A DNA stretch of 63,533 nt, filler included, from Hausera hauseri (lineage: Eukaryota): assembly GCA_046269625.1 (NCBI GenBank). It is 11 parts of 11 records of this genome, joined end to end, with 100 filler letters (N's around TTAATTAATTAA, not from the genome) between each part and the next. Parts side by side here need not be neighbours in the genome. Positions count along the whole stretch, not along the records: positions 21,592 to 28,058 come from JBJURY010097542.1; positions 28,159 to 34,119 come from JBJURY010162310.1; 9 more parts are not named here. The stretch is one strand, 5' to 3'. Shown one piece after another: positions 21,592 to 34,119 of the stretch. Under the pieces are notes generated by a model. That model made no database searches, had not been told where the DNA came from, and was given only the letters and a program-made list of their open reading frames with translations. Numbering within the stretch: position 1 is the first letter of the stretch; every line of letters starts with the position of its first letter. Both the position numbers and the translations under genes were made by a program.

Positions 21592-24314
21592 TATCCGGCT
21601 AAATATGAATCATGTTCGGCCATGAATACTTCGATACGCAATCCTTTCGGAATAACTATTAGTCTTCTTCCTTTTCGTTCGTAATATAAGATATTATCTT
21701 GATTCGATGCGCAATATTTATGTCCGTGTTTCTGTAGGTGTTTTTTAAGTTGTCGTCTTTTTGGCATTTTGTCGTTTTGTACAAACTCGATGATTTGTTG
21801 TATAATTTTGTCTTTAGCTTGCTCAGCTGTAATTCTAATCGTCTTATCCAATATTAGCGTTCTTTGTCGTTCGATCAGTTTTTCAAGTTGTGGTTTCTTT
21901 ATTTTGGTGATTGCGCTCGTTTTTGTCTTTAATCTTGACAATGCGTCGGGGTCGATATGTTTGTTGCCCGGTTTATATCGAAATTCGATGTTATATCGTG
22001 AGATTTCCTAAATCCAACGATTTAGTCTGCATTTTGGGTTATTAGCTCTTCCTTTCAATGTCGTAACTGCTTTATGGTCGGTTACTATTATAATCTTCTG
22101 TCCATAGACATAGACGTTAAAATGTCGAAGTGCTTCCTTAACAGCTAGCGTTTCTAGTTCGGTAACTGAATAATTCTTTTCTGCTTTCTTCTCCGAGCGT
22201 CCTCCATAGGCTATAGGATGTTCCAGCTCTTTATCTTCCCGTTTTTGAGCTAATTCATATCCTATGCCCTCTTTACTTGCATCTGTTTTAATGATGAATG
22301 GTAAGTTAAAATCAGGGTATCTTATAACCGGTTCGCTTGTTAGGATTTTTTTCATTTCATCGAATGCTTTTTGCTCAACGTCTGTCCATCTTCATTTAGT
22401 TCCTTTCTTGAGTAGGCGGTATAGTGGTGCGTTAATCTTCGAGTTATCTGGTACATAAGTGGCATAATACCCACATAGGCCTAACCAATGTCTTAACTCC
22501 TTTTGATTCTGTGGTTCGATACAATCAGATATTTTATTTAACAAAGATTTGTCCGGCCTCGATCCTCCTTCTCCTACTATATGTCCGAGGTATGATACTG
22601 CGTTCTGTGCCCATTTGCATTTCTTTGGATTCAGTTTTAAACCTACTTGTTCCAATCGTATGAGCGTGTTTTCAATGTCTTTTAAGTGTTCGTCTTCTAT
22701 TTTCGATGCTATCATCACGTCGTCTAAGTACGCGAATGCATGGTCCAATCCCATAAACATTTTTTTCATCATTCTCGTAAAAATAGCTGGTCCTATGGTG
22801 ATGCCAAAAGGCATAACATTAAATTTGTATACGCCATCGTGTGTCATAAACGCTCTCTTATATCGGTCGTCCTCTTCGATTTCTACCTGCCAGTATCCCG
22901 ATTGCAAGTCGAGAGTGGTTAACCATTTTTCTCCTGATAGTCTGTCTAAAGCTTCTTTTACCGATGGTAGGGGAAACGAATCCTTCATCATAAGAGTATT
23001 TAATGCTGGATAGTCTATACAAAATCGATGTTTTGTGGTTTCTTTCTTTTTAACCATAAGTATGGGTGAATACCATGATCGGTAGCTCGGCCGAATTATA
23101 TTGGCTTTCAACATTCGCTCTACTTCCTTAGTTATTTTTAGTCTCAATGAATGTGGAGGTGGATACCACTTTGGCATTTTCTGTTCCTGTAGATCGATTT
23201 CATCGTTCAAGCCTGGTTTCTTCCTTAATGGAATTGTTAGTTTCAAGGTCTTAGCTCTACCTATATCTTCCTCGTATTGTGCAATTATCGAACTGTGTTT
23301 ACATAATAATTCGTAAAACCTGCAGTATGCCTCAGGAGAAAATTTGGTTTCGACGTAAGGTGGAAACTCTGCGTACTTGTATGGTTTTTCTTCTATTGTT
23401 ATTGCTGATACCCTGCAACTGTGACCTAACGTAGTGTTATCGTGCAATTTCACTGTTGTTAGTGCATTGTTCACTAATCTAATGGGTATCCGTCCCGTTA
23501 CTACCCTACAGAGAATATTACTAAGCATGAGATTTGGGTCGATATCCTCTTGAGGTTCAAAATATACGGGCAAATCGTGATCTTGACGAATCTGTGCAAA
23601 AATTATCATTTCAGTCCTGGACGGAATGTCCTCGTCTACTGGAATCCATACTTCGACTGACTTCCTTTCCTTTATTACTTTTGTCCCTTTTATTGATTCG
23701 AGCTCGAGTAATTTTTTGCTATGCAAATCGATTGCTAAACCTGGTATCTGTTTTAATACTTCACAACCCAGTACTAAATCATCTGTTAATTGGTCCATTA
23801 GGGCAAATTCGTGTTGAATTGCTTGACCCATTATATAGACGATAGGAGTCAATTTGAATTTTGGCTTCGATATTTGTCCAAATGCTCCTACACTACCCGG
23901 ATCCGATGACAACGGCGTACACAATTGTTCCCGTAATGTGGTGGGTATCGATTCGTACTTTATAAACGATTTTTCCGATCCCGTGTCAATTAAGGCATAC
24001 ACTTCCCAATCTTCGATGTGTATTTTAGCGAAGGGCCTCCCTTCTACCACTGTTCCGACACCATTGGTTGTCATTTTTGGTTGTTTTATAGTAGAGACTC
24101 TATGCCCGTTTATTGTTATTTCTGGCGACGAAACGATATTTTCTCTTAGTTGTCCTAGTTCTGCGCTTGGATATAAATTATTATTTGCCATTTCGCTGCT
24201 ACGGCTGTCGATGAGCGATTCTTGGCGTAGTGAACCTGGGATTGAGCATAGTTTCGGATTCTCCCAGATCGTTGATTTCGATTCTATATGACGAGGTATC
24301 CTTTTGGAATACAA
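21592..24314 (-). pseudogene. Gypsy pol: aspartic protease, RT, RNase H, integrase N-terminus
   Basis: VYALIDTGSEKSFI; HRFCIDY, LTTLDLQSGYWQV, VMPFG, FAYLDDVM; KTDAS, YSVTELE, VTDHK; EHDSYLAG. Confidence 0.95.
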
Positions 24315-24338
24315 TATCCCGTGGTCGTTTTGTGTTGG

Positions 24339-26555
24339 TCATTGATTGCTGACGTTCATTTTCCATAATACTCCGTATTGTTTCGTTTTTTCATATGGAT
24401 CTTCATAATTAATAGGTTTTTGATCGATTTTGGACTTACTTGATGCGATTGACGTACGGTCAAAGTCTTCATATATTGGTGCTGTTGGTGGTATTATGGG
24501 TAATGGCACGTTGATCACTGAATAAATTTTGCGCATCTTGTTCCTGGAACTTCCTTTTCCTCCCTTAGGCTCATCATCATCTGAATTATCCCTTCGTGTT
24601 GTTGTTTTCTTCGTTTTCCGTCTATACAGAATCGAGGGCCTTCCTCGTCGTTTACGATTGTAATATCCAACGTGGCGTTCTATGTCATTTCTACATCGGT
24701 TTTCTTCATAAGCTTTAAGCATTTTGCCAAAGGGTGTGATAATTTCGGTCAAGATTTTGCAAGAAAATTTTGTTAAGGTGAATATTTCATACCCATTTAT
24801 AATGGCTTGGATTATTGCCTTAACTAACTGGATTAGAAAGTAAATAGCTAAGAATCCAGATGCGGCCTGTCTGAAAATTAGAAATCTTTCCCAGATCTTA
24901 TATAGTATTTCTGAGGTTACTCTTTGATAGTGATTAGCACCTAATAGCGATTCCCATTTTGTTTGAAAGCGAGTATTATCTACAACCATCGACATGGCCC
25001 GATTTAGTTCATAAGTTCTTTGTCGCGGAAATGCTAGGAACTGTCTAAAGGCTTCTATGTCCTTCGGTCTATAAATTCCTTTATTGGTTGTATCTTCGAA
25101 TTTTTCTTCCGATAGTCCTTTTATTAGGTTGGTTCCAGTTAGCTTGCTTGGGGCTGTAGCGGCGCCTCCATTGGGCAAGCTTATCCAGTCTGTTCCACTA
25201 CGGCGAAACATAGGTTCACCCAGACTCGTTTTTCATTCCTTCAGTATTGTCGGTTCCGTCGAGTTGGCGAACAGTACCCTGGTAAGAGGCATCGCTAGCC
25301 TTGGCATATTTTCGTAGATAACTGGTAATTCCTGCATACATCTATTTTCCTCTACATTGATCGGTACGTCTCTTTTCTCGCACTCGTAAGTTAATAGAAC
25401 TTCCCCAGTAACCCGTCCAATGACACCTTCTTTCATTAGTACAATTGGTGACGCCAATTCCGGGTTGGCACAAATTAAAGCTAGTTTGGTTCTCATGACT
25501 TCAGTGTCTAATCTGCAGTCATTCATTAACATCTTGTGGTATAGTTCTGCTATTCCGGTTTGTCAATTATAATAAAAGTAATCATCCTGGTTCTTGAGGT
25601 AATCTTCAATCCGCACGTCTTGTGTTTTCAAATCGTACGTTTTCATGTTAATTTCAGTTTCCGCTACGAAGAATGCTTCGTAGTTGGTGGAGTACATCAT
25701 TAAGTCGCAACGTGTTAACATATCTTTCGGAATGAATTTTAATCCATGTGTATACGACATCAATATCGTTGGTGTAGGCTGTTCTATTACATCTTCCCTC
25801 GATCTCGTATAAGTATGTAATTTATTTGTATACCGTTTTTCGGTCGTTTTATTAAACTTTATCTCCTTGATCCTAATAAAATAGCATTCTCTCTTCAAAG
25901 GTGGACTTCATACGATAACTGAACTTTGGAACGTACATGCGCCATCCTGAATGTGACATTTTTGATTCTCGGTAAATAGTTTAGTAACGCTATGGGACAT
26001 TGCTTTTAGATATCTTAATTTGGTTTTGAAAAAATCTACGACTACTATTCCTCCTTCCTTTCCTTTTCCGGTATCGTATTAGGCTCCGACACAATAGCCT
26101 GTGTGCATGTTTAATTTTCCTACTGCCACTTTGTAGGCTCTAATTATTTTCCCTCCTTATGCTTCTAACTCCATGCCGTTCCAAACCATTTAACCAGTTA
26201 ACCGGGCTCCTAAACAATGCTGCCTATCTACGTTCATCGGAATTAATGGTGTAGTTGGTTTGATTATTGAAGAATNNNNNNNNNNGAATGACCGTGCGTG
26301 TTACCACAATGAAATACGCTGCGAGATCTTCGTATCATGCATTCTATTGCCTCCATTGCGATTAGTTCTCGTTGTTGATATAATATATATTTCCCTTCCA
26401 CTGTCTCGAGCTTGTGGGGTCGTGCGTCTTCACATGTTTCTAAGTCCATCAAAGAATATTTCTGACCCACTTTGAATTTATCGCAATCATATACAGTAAC
26501 TGCTCCCATCTGCTTTACCAACATCATTACTGTCAGTAAGTTGATTAACCAGTTG
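24339..26555 (-). pseudogene. Chuvirus-like (class III) envelope fusion glycoprotein
   Basis: Hydrophobic leader, then VTVYDC...YSL...C, LYQ...ECMIRRSRSVFHCG..GH; CRL..EV..TKLAL..ANP....M.EG..G...GEV...Y.C...CMQELPV...PLTRVL; GIY...D......LAFP; W..F..F..AASG TM ...IINGY. This order matches chuviral G proteins and their retroelement-captured homologues as I recall them. Confidence 0.8.
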
Positions 26556-27245
26556 TATTCGTTTCCTTTGTTTGGTATAATATTTCGCATCATATCCTCT
26601 AGATTATTGGTCCTTTTGTATTGTCTTCTTTTTCGAATAACTTAGTCCATTTTATTTCTTTTGGTATTCTTCTTGCGGCTTTACTTGCTAACCCGATTGT
26701 CTTGTCGAATTCATTTTTCCGAAGAGGGTTAGATCTTACTGCTAGATATATCAAGACTTTCCTCAATTCTTCTATTGTATTGTATATCATAATTCTGTTG
26801 CTTACTGCTTCGTCAGGGAGGGTGCTTTTAGTTCATTTAAATCGCGACGTTTTCATCGTCCTAGCTATATTATATATTAGTCTTTCTTTCTCGGTCAGTA
26901 TGTCGCCTTGGAGTCCGGTATAATTAACTATCCTAATCAGGTCTTTCATTGGTTCGATTATTTCTTCATTATCTGAACTCGAAGTTGGTACCGATAGCTG
27001 CCTTAATTCCCTAATAAGGTCTGCATTATAATCACTTTTTTTATTTTTCTCGGTCTTCCGACCGGTCATTTCGGCTTCGTCGGGAGTAAGGTTTCACTTA
27101 GAGGAACTAAGTCTTTATCGTATTGTGGGTTGTCATTATCCGTTTGTAAGTATTCGAAATACATTGCAGCGTCCTGAATTCCCATCATTTTTCCAACGCA
27201 GTGCTCTATATGCGCCTTCCTTATGGCTTCATCTTTGGTTTGCTC

Positions 27246-27470
27246 ACTGACGATTATTGCAATTATTCGATTTTCCTCGAGGGGTATGATCCCTACATCT
27301 ACTAGGGCTTCTAGCTCATCTAATATCCTACTTCTGAAATAAAGTCGGTAATTAACTCCTTCTCTACTGTTCTTATTAATTATTTGTTTTCTTATATCCG
27401 TGACGGTGATACAGGTAGTAAATTCAAATTCCTCATAGTCCATCCTTTCTGTTGATACTTTTACTTTCAT
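27246..27470 (-). CDS. Ubiquitin-like domain within the retroelement N-terminal region
   Basis: MKVKV...TVTDIRKQI...YRLYFRSRILDELEALVDVGI...IIAIIV (other copies YRxYFRGRILDD...L.DVGI) parallels ubiquitin QRLIFAGKQLED.RTLSDYNI; no terminal GG. Confidence 0.7.
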
Positions 27471-28414
27471 TTCGGTTTCTGGTTTATTTTTCAATAATTT
27501 GGCATATTCTCTTATCAGAAGCTTAGGCACGGTGCTGTACGCGGTGTTTGCACTAGATATTTTGGTCAAAGTTGGAATCAGTTTTCTTAACCTATCTTCA
27601 CTTATATTTATTTTTAACATACTGCTTAATTCTTCTTCGGCTCTTATAGGATTGAGTAACATTTGCACGTTAAATTTCGTCTCCTGAGTACCAATAGGTG
27701 ACTCATAAATTTGTATCGGAGTTCTTTGACTTTTCTCGTTTAGACCTTGAAGGTATTCATCCCATTCGACGTCGTTTTCTGTATTAGGCAACTCATAGTT
27801 CGCTAATGCCGCGTGCCCTACTTGGACGATTTCGCGTAACTCTCTTAACTGTGGCTGCAATACTTTCATAATGGATACCCTAAATCCATCTCCATTTTCG
27901 CATGCTTGCTGTATCAAGGTTATTGATCGGCACATTTCCTCCGGTTGTATCATAGCTTTTTCCTCATAATTGGTTACTTCCGCAATTCTGTCTCTTTGCC
28001 ATCTTAGTATAAATTCTATTTTGTTGTTATTTTCGGATTCCGTAAGTAAATACTTATTNNNNNNNNNNNNNNNNNNNNNNNNNNNNNNNNNNNNNNNNNN
28101 NNTTAATTAATTAANNNNNNNNNNNNNNNNNNNNNNNNNNNNNNNNNNNNNNNNNNNNACCAAGGTAACATTCATCTTTTTTCATTGCGAATTTTAAACA
28201 TTCTGACGGTAATAATATCGAATATATATTCTACCCCTTGTTGCAAACAGGTGCTAATGATCTGCACGTGGATACCAACTACTTTCTCGATATAACCGGC
28301 AACGAACTCCCAATAACTCTAGCCGGATGTGCATTTATTTTCCCTCAACCAGGTTTACCGATGGCCGTTAGACGGTCTTTACAAAACTCTTGTTTTATAA
28401 TTGCATGGAGTAAT

Positions 28415-30780
28415 ATGTACAACGATCATGAGTGTGAGTTAGCAACCTTACAGAAGTTTCCGGATAATGCATCAACAGTGGGCAATTTTCCACCTAATGT
28501 TGCTATTGTAATTGAACATCAAGTTGTGCTAAGTCTGAAGGATGGCGAATGTAACTGTTTCCATTCGTTATTTCAAATTAATCGAATTACCAATACTCCG
28601 ACTGTAGCAAATCGTGATGTTGAAAAGGATATCGAAAAGGATAAACATAATATTTTTAGTCAACTAAATCTGTTACAAACAAAATCTAAAACCGTTGTTG
28701 CAACAACAGCTGTAGAAGTTGACTGGATACTTGAAGTAATGAAATACGCCAAAAAATATCCATAATTAATAATATGGAGATTGTTAAGCATTCTGTTCAC
28801 ATATTTTGTTTTTGGTTGTCAAAATTGCAATATGATTTAGATACCAATAGTTCCGTTAGATCACCACTGGCTGATTTGCCAAACTGTATTAAATTGTCAC
28901 CGAATGAATATGCTTTGGTTATTCTGTCGAACTTATGTAGTTTTTCAAGAACTTACTCAATACGTATTTCTTGCAAATTCGAAATGTTTCGATGGCCAAT
29001 TATAATTTAGGCGTCAAACCGAAACTGGATTGCAATCCTTTGTTTAATAAAATTGATGAATTGGTCGAACATATTCTTGTTACCTTTCAAAAAGTCGGTC
29101 AAATCTACAAGTATTAACAACACAACATGGGACAGCCTGTTGTATTTCAGTTTATGCGTTGGCAATTTGATTTTGGTTAATCCATTGGAGCCCGGCCAAA
29201 TCCCATCAAAACGCACGAAAAAAATCAGTGGCACGATTTTTAAAATTTGGTTGCAAGCGTGTCTAAAGTGTTTTCCTTGTCCGTCTCTTTGGAAAACGTT
29301 TCATAAACTGAGTCAGATATGGCGTCATCAGGAAGCGTTTATTAATCAGTGGAATAAAATTAATGTAGCATTTACATCGAAGCTTTTACCTCTGTTGTAC
29401 AATGGTAGTTTTCCGAAAATTCATCAAGTGGATTTTATAACCAGTGGAATGATACCTGCTGATCTTAGCGATGACTGCATTAAAGATTGCTGGTATCGGT
29501 TTTTACATCTAATCGGGAATCCTGTTGACATATGCTTTCAAAAATTAGCTTATTCGGACGATCTTATTGATAACAAGTCGAAGTAGTACTGAATAATTGA
29601 GTTCATTTTTATAGTATCATAGAAAACGAATATCACAGTTAAATAGTACAATCGTAACCAATAATTTGACCAACATATTTCATCGCGCCATGCATGGTTT
29701 ATCAATCATTATCGATTCGTTTCTCGGTCTTGAATTATCCGGATCTGGATTTATAATAAGTGATTTGCCTACAATTTAATTTGGCTGAAAGGAAAATTGT
29801 AGGTGACCATTCACCCGATAGTCCGCCTCCTGTTCCTATTCCTCAAAGACATAAATCAACAACAGTTGGATTAGAACAGACATCACCTCCGGAAATACGC
29901 AAACTTCATCAACATAAATTATTCAATATCGGTTAGTGAACTAATCGATTTCTGTGTCTACGCCTGACTTTCTTGACATTAGGCAAATCAAAGCCGGGAG
30001 TTGTATCGACACGTTTGCATTACGACGGCACTGATTCTGTGACTGGTCTAACCACCGGAGGAGAAGATCAACTAACGGTTGAACATCTTCCCGATCCTCA
30101 CCCTAGCAGACCCGAAGCAAATTCCATGCTAAAGTTATTCGGAGACTGGCTGTTCGAAGCTGCAATGGTCGGTGTCAGACAGAATTTAGATAGTGCGTTT
30201 TTGTGTAATTATAGTTTCCGAGGTTAATGTAATTTTTAGGCGTTTGTTGTAAGTATGATTGTATTTTTTGTTTTTGTTTCAGATGTTAGATTATTATAGT
30301 GTATCCGTTGTTTTCTCTGTTCATGTTTTGATTGGTCTTTATAACGATACATTGTCCATTTGTTCTAGATGCCGCCATCAGTAACAGATCGGAGAAAATC
30401 GAAGAAAAGAAATTTAACAGGGGTCGTGCCGAGGCTTGTGGTTCTCTTTGTCGAATTTTTCTGTACAGCCATCGAAATGAATTATCTCATGAGTACTTAA
30501 CCAAATTTTACATTGCTCTCTTTTATGGATTGGATATTGGAAAAGATACATCCAGCAGTCTGATCTTAAGTAGTATCATTTTCAATTATATTGACATTCT
30601 CAGAATTGGTTTGACCGGTGAATACTTTTGTTCCCAGACTCTTCAAATCTGTGGCATTTATACTGAAACAAAAGGAGGAATCATTTGACTCCCGAGGTGT
30701 TGCACATGAATCAATTGAGACGAGCAGCAATTACTCATCTGTTGTCGGTAGTCTGTTATTCAACATATTTCTGTTCGATT
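28415..30780 (+). pseudogene. RALGAPB: Ral GTPase-activating protein subunit beta-like, N-terminal part, disrupted
   Basis: EVDWILEVM, TWDSLL, IWLQACLKCFPCPSLWKT...WRH...QW, WYRFLHLIGNPVD, IFHRAMHG...DSFLG, RPEANSMLKLFGDWLFEAA, GRAEACGSLCRIF, in the order seen in RalGAP beta; stops and frameshifts at ~28765, ~29586, ~29780; short intron-like tracts near 30220-30370. Confidence 0.85.
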
Positions 30781-32487
30781 GATATAAAACCGTTATTATC
30801 CGTAAGCAATCAAGATGTGAAAGAAAGTTTTGTTGATATTCGGAAAAGTTTTGGTTAGGTTTTGTGATAATATAAGGGATGAAATGGATCCCGTAAACTT
30901 GCAACTTCTTGTTGGCTGTATTATTTCATTTCTTGAAAACTTGCAGCAAACTGATGAAATATTGGATTGCAAAGTTAGTAAATCGCCAGAAAATTCCCCA
31001 TCTGAAAAGACGGAGATTAAAATCAACAATGTTGTATATTGTCTCCCATCTCCGGCGTCAAGTAAGTCATATTGAGAATGTTTTGTTTAGAGTTAATGTT
31101 GCAGGTGTTGGTGGTACCGTTTTTTGTTTCCTTTTGCTTGTTGATGGTCCTGCTGTATGTATTTGATAACTGATTTTCATTTAGAACATCATGAAGAATG
31201 TTCTTCTTTTTCTTTAATTGGAATTGCGTTAAATTATTACTCTGATGTGTATGAAAATCCACATCCTGCACATTATCAGCTGTTTAACATTTTGGGCGTA
31301 CATGTTGTTATATGTTAAACTATATTCCTTTTAAAACAGAAACTTAATTTTATGTCTTGACAGCTGATTGTTTAAACATGTTACAAGCGATGGATCTCTG
31401 ATTTTGCATCACGCATGATTGACGAACGTACATGCACATAAAAAGTATACCGATCATATATTTACCCATCACGCATACGTCCATCGATTGTGATATGTTT
31501 CAATCCGATTCGATGACATTTTTTTGACGACTTCCGAGGATGGACTCTTACATTTTCCACTTTCCCATATTTCAGGATTGTTAGTAGATCGCGTCTCTAC
31601 CATCCCAACCCCAATCTCACTTGATGATTATAGAATAGAATTATCCATGAGATTTATTATAAAAGTTTATATAACAATAATCTCCTCCATTCTGGAAATG
31701 AGTCTTATTTTCCTTCTTTTCTGAATTTCCTGACTTTCTGTTGGCTGTATACTGAATTATCTTTGAATTAAATTTAAACGTTAATATCCGTTTCATTTCC
31801 TCCTCACAAGAATGAAGACTTATTCCAATTCGGACTGTCAGATAGTACTCCTGATGCTCTTACATTTGATATGCACCTCTACCCTGATTCCATTATTAGT
31901 GCACACACATGAGTCTGTGTGTTCATCCTCACATTTCCATGTCTCAACCTTTACATTTGGCATCTCCGCTATTCAACTGTTACCGGACAACTATTGGTTC
32001 ATTCGACAGATATTCCGACTTCCGATAAACCATATTCGATTCTTTTACTATTTGATAGTACTNNNNNNNNNNCTCGTCATTGCGAATATTTCCACGGGTC
32101 ACACACCGCCATTCATCTTTTCTCTGCAGAATCGGTTTTTTCTTCCCCTTCCCAGGGGCTAGAGAGCATTTCCTGGTATTGGCATGCTGGCCATTGAATT
32201 CCTCGTGTTCGAATTACTCAGACTACACGTCTTGCATACTTCAAGCACGCTTTCTATTGGCTGCAAGGGGAAGCGGTGGGTGTGGCAAAATCGACATTTT
32301 CATACTACTAAATATAAATTCTAAAATGTTTACTGCCCCAATCCGCGATATTTTTGCTTGCAACCGAACAAATTAACCGCGTTAAAGGAGGATGTAATGT
32401 ATATAATTTACCATACAATTATCCATTCTAATAACAGAAATAAGCTCTTCATATGTTCTTTTCCAAATGTCTAAATACTTTTCTCAG

Positions 32488-33121
32488 AAACGTAAATGTA
32501 CAAGACTCTATTCTGGTGATGTAAAGCCGCGCGATAAACCAAAACTAAAAAGACCTGTATCAGTGAATGTAATGCAAGATGATAAACTCCGATCAAGAAG
32601 TCGTTCTTCTGCAGATTTATACCCATTTGAAAGTCCAGGACTATCAAGGCATTCCTCAACAAATTTATTTTCATCAAGACGAACCAGTATCATCAGTACT
32701 AATGAACAAAAGCAATTGGGCCAACTTAATGAAGAAGCGTTCGCCATGTCGGGAAATGTGAGCTGGAGAACATATTTATTTTATTTTTCAACTTGGTCGC
32801 CCTTGGTTATTTTACTCTGTTTGTTTTTCTATGGGACTTTTTCTGGCGTTCAGGTAATTTTTAAATGTTTTGGTTTTTTTCTTATATTTTACATAGGTTT
32901 TTGGAAACTTTTGGTTAGAAAGACTTACATCTGACCCTGATTTAGCTTATGCAAATAGTCTAATTGAACAAAATCGATCTTATGTGAAAGAGTTATCTGA
33001 ACTGATAAGAAATCGAACAAATTACTACATTACATATTATTCGGTCATTGGAGGATTCATAATTGTTTTAATTAGTTTATATTTTGCATTTTTTACATTT
33101 GGTACTGTGCGAGCTTCAAAG
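32488..33121 (+). CDS. Two exons of an ABCC/MRP-family ABC transporter (NBD1-TMD2 linker and start of TMD2)
   Basis: Ser/Arg-rich linker, EE...GNVSWRTYLFYF; 43-nt GT-AG intron 32854-32896; then VFGNFWL...YYITYYSVIGG...FGTVRASK with a donor GT at 33122. Confidence 0.8.
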
Positions 33122-33252
33122 GTAAATGCTCATCATTTGACATGGTATTTTTTGTTTCACACTAAATTTAAAAAAATTCTTAATAATTAAGATGAAATAT
33201 CAGAAGTGAGTAGTGGTAAAAATCGATGATTTTAACGATAAATGAATATCTA

Positions 33253-34119
33253 TTCAGTCATTCGAAAAGTTATGTCCGTCTTTAACCATAATTTAAAAGC
33301 CGCATAACTTTGACAAAACAGAACATATTTACTAGAAATAAAAACCTTCAGAATGTACACATTCTTCCCAACGGGATACAAGCTTAGTTATTCCGGATTT
33401 GTAAAAATCAGGAGTCAGGGAGTCCAGGAAGTCTTCGAAGGATTTCTTAGCAGTAGCTTAATCTTTGAAGGTTTTCTCCTTCAAGAAGCAGTCGAGGTTG
33501 TAGAAGAGGTGGTAATCTGTCGGTGACATGTCCGGTGAGTAAGGCAGTTGCGACAGAGTTTCGTAGCCCAACTACATCAGCTTTGGTAGTGTCATTTTTG
33601 ACACGTGGGGTCTGGTTTTGTCATGGAGGAGTATAGAACCTTTTCTATTGACCAGTGCTGGTTGAAGACGTAGTAATTTCTTGTGCATTTCATCGATTAG
33701 ACGGAAGTACATCTCGGCTGTGATGGTTTCTTTTGGATTCGGAAAACTATAATGGACGACCTCAGCTGCAGACCACCAAACTATCACAATAACTTTCTTG
33801 ATATGCAAATTTGGTTTGGGAAATTGTTTTGGAGGTTCACCTTTATCCAACCACTGACCCGCACTTCGTCTGTTGTCATAAATAATCCAATTTTCATCGC
33901 ACGTAACAATGCGATCTAGAAACGGTTCGTTTTTATTGCGCAGAAGAAACGATGAACACAATTCGTAGCCGAGATTTCTCCGTTTTTCGTTCAGTTCATG
34001 CGGCACCCACTTCTTCAGCTTCTTGGATTTACCCAGTTGGTGTAGGTGCTCGTAAACTGTTGATGATCTAACTCCTAATTGTTCTGTAAGCTCCACAACA
34101 GTTTGACGTGGATCAGCTT
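33253..34119 (-). mobile_element. mariner (DD34D) transposon, 3' part, pseudogenised
   Basis: WVPHEL, IVTCDENWI, LLHDKTRPH, then past a stop YSPDMSPTDYHLF; CDS ends ~33332; TIR-like TA|TTCAGTCATTCGAAAAGTTATGTCCG at 33251-33278. Confidence 0.92.

Larger units (their letters stand above)
21592..28058 (-). mobile_element. Giant Gypsy-type retroelement copy A: helical/Ubl region, glycoprotein, PR, RT, RNase H, start of IN
   Basis: Continuous minus-strand coding across the whole contig, homologous to 46083-50367, 56279-63533 and 10217-11870. Confidence 0.92.

Noticed and set aside
22549-24291. Antisense ORFs opposite pol (also 56392-56802, 60794-61222)
   Set aside because: Expected shadow ORFs of A-rich coding strands; no independent motifs.
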